64,000 nt of DNA. Source: Felis catus (lineage: Eukaryota). The position numbers and the translations under genes were made by a program. Shown piece after piece: positions 63,520 through 64,000 of the stretch (position 1 is its first letter; every line of letters starts with the position of its first letter). The notes below the pieces were generated by a model. It ran no database searches. It saw only the letters and a list, made by a program, of their open reading frames with translations, and had not been told where the DNA came from. The stretch covers positions 56,174,001-56,238,000 of the forward strand of contig NC_058382.1 in assembly GCF_018350175.1 (NCBI RefSeq). The letters run 5' to 3'.

Positions 63520-63687
63520 TTTCTTTTTTTCTTCTCATTTTTTTTGACTTTATTTATTTATTTTGAGGGACAGGAGGACAGAAGATCTGAAAGTGGGCTC
63601 GGTTCTTACAGCACAGAACTCACAAACCTTGAGATCATGACCTGAGCTGAAGTTGGATGCTTAACCAACTGAGCCACCCAGGCACCC
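63520..63687 (-). mobile_element. CAN-SINE, internally deleted, 13-bp TSD
   Basis: TSD CTCATCATTTTCT at 63507-63519 and 63688-63700. Confidence 0.92.
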
Positions 63688-63856
63688 CTCATCATTTTCT
63701 ACTGCTGACTGGGTGGAACCCCATCCCTCCCAGCAAAGCATTCCCTGCCAGGACAATGCACTATCCCAACTACTGAAACAGAACTATTTTTTTTTTTTGG
63801 TTTTGTTTTTAATATCTTGTAGCAACAATCCTCTTCTTTAAACCATTTAATATTAG

Positions 63857-64000
63857 AGTGCCTGGGTGGATCAGTTGGTTGAGCACCAATTTCAGCTCAG
63901 GTCATGGTCTCACAGCTCATGAGTTCGACCCCAACATTGGACTCTGTGCTGACGGCTCAGAGCCTGGATCCTGCTTCAGGTTCTATGTCTCCTTCTCTTT
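63857..64000 (+). mobile_element. CAN-SINE 5' part, cut by window end
   Basis: GAGTGCCTGGGTGGATCAGTTGGTTGAG..GGTCATGGTCTCACAG..GAGTTCGACCCC. Confidence 0.93.

Noticed and set aside
1..64000. tRNA genes, CRISPR arrays, NUMT or prokaryotic systems
   Set aside because: The tRNA-like A/B boxes all belong to SINE heads; no regularly spaced repeat-spacer array and no mitochondrial or bacterial coding sequence was recognised

Overview
This is non-coding mammalian genomic DNA, almost certainly from a felid: it carries about 22 tRNA-derived CAN-SINEs of the feliform SINEC_Fc type. I found no convincing protein-coding exon, RNA gene, CRISPR array or prokaryotic system. The listed ORFs are SINE/microsatellite read-throughs, degenerate LINE fragments or chance ORFs. 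The window is a mosaic of young SINEs with clear target-site duplications (TSDs) and old eutherian repeats (L1M, L2, CR1/L3, MIR, MaLR/ERVL LTRs, hAT MERs), with repeat-free, motif-rich islands that look like conserved regulatory DNA. The strong minus-strand bias of L1 fragments suggests a large intron of a + strand gene, which I cannot identify. The most notable observations are a recent ~280-bp non-tandem templated duplication inserted into an apparent hairpin, a probable AmnSINE1-like relic, a palindromic T-box site, and a CpG-rich patch that extends into a MIR. Repeat family names come from remembered consensus sequences, and boundaries of old repeats are approximate.
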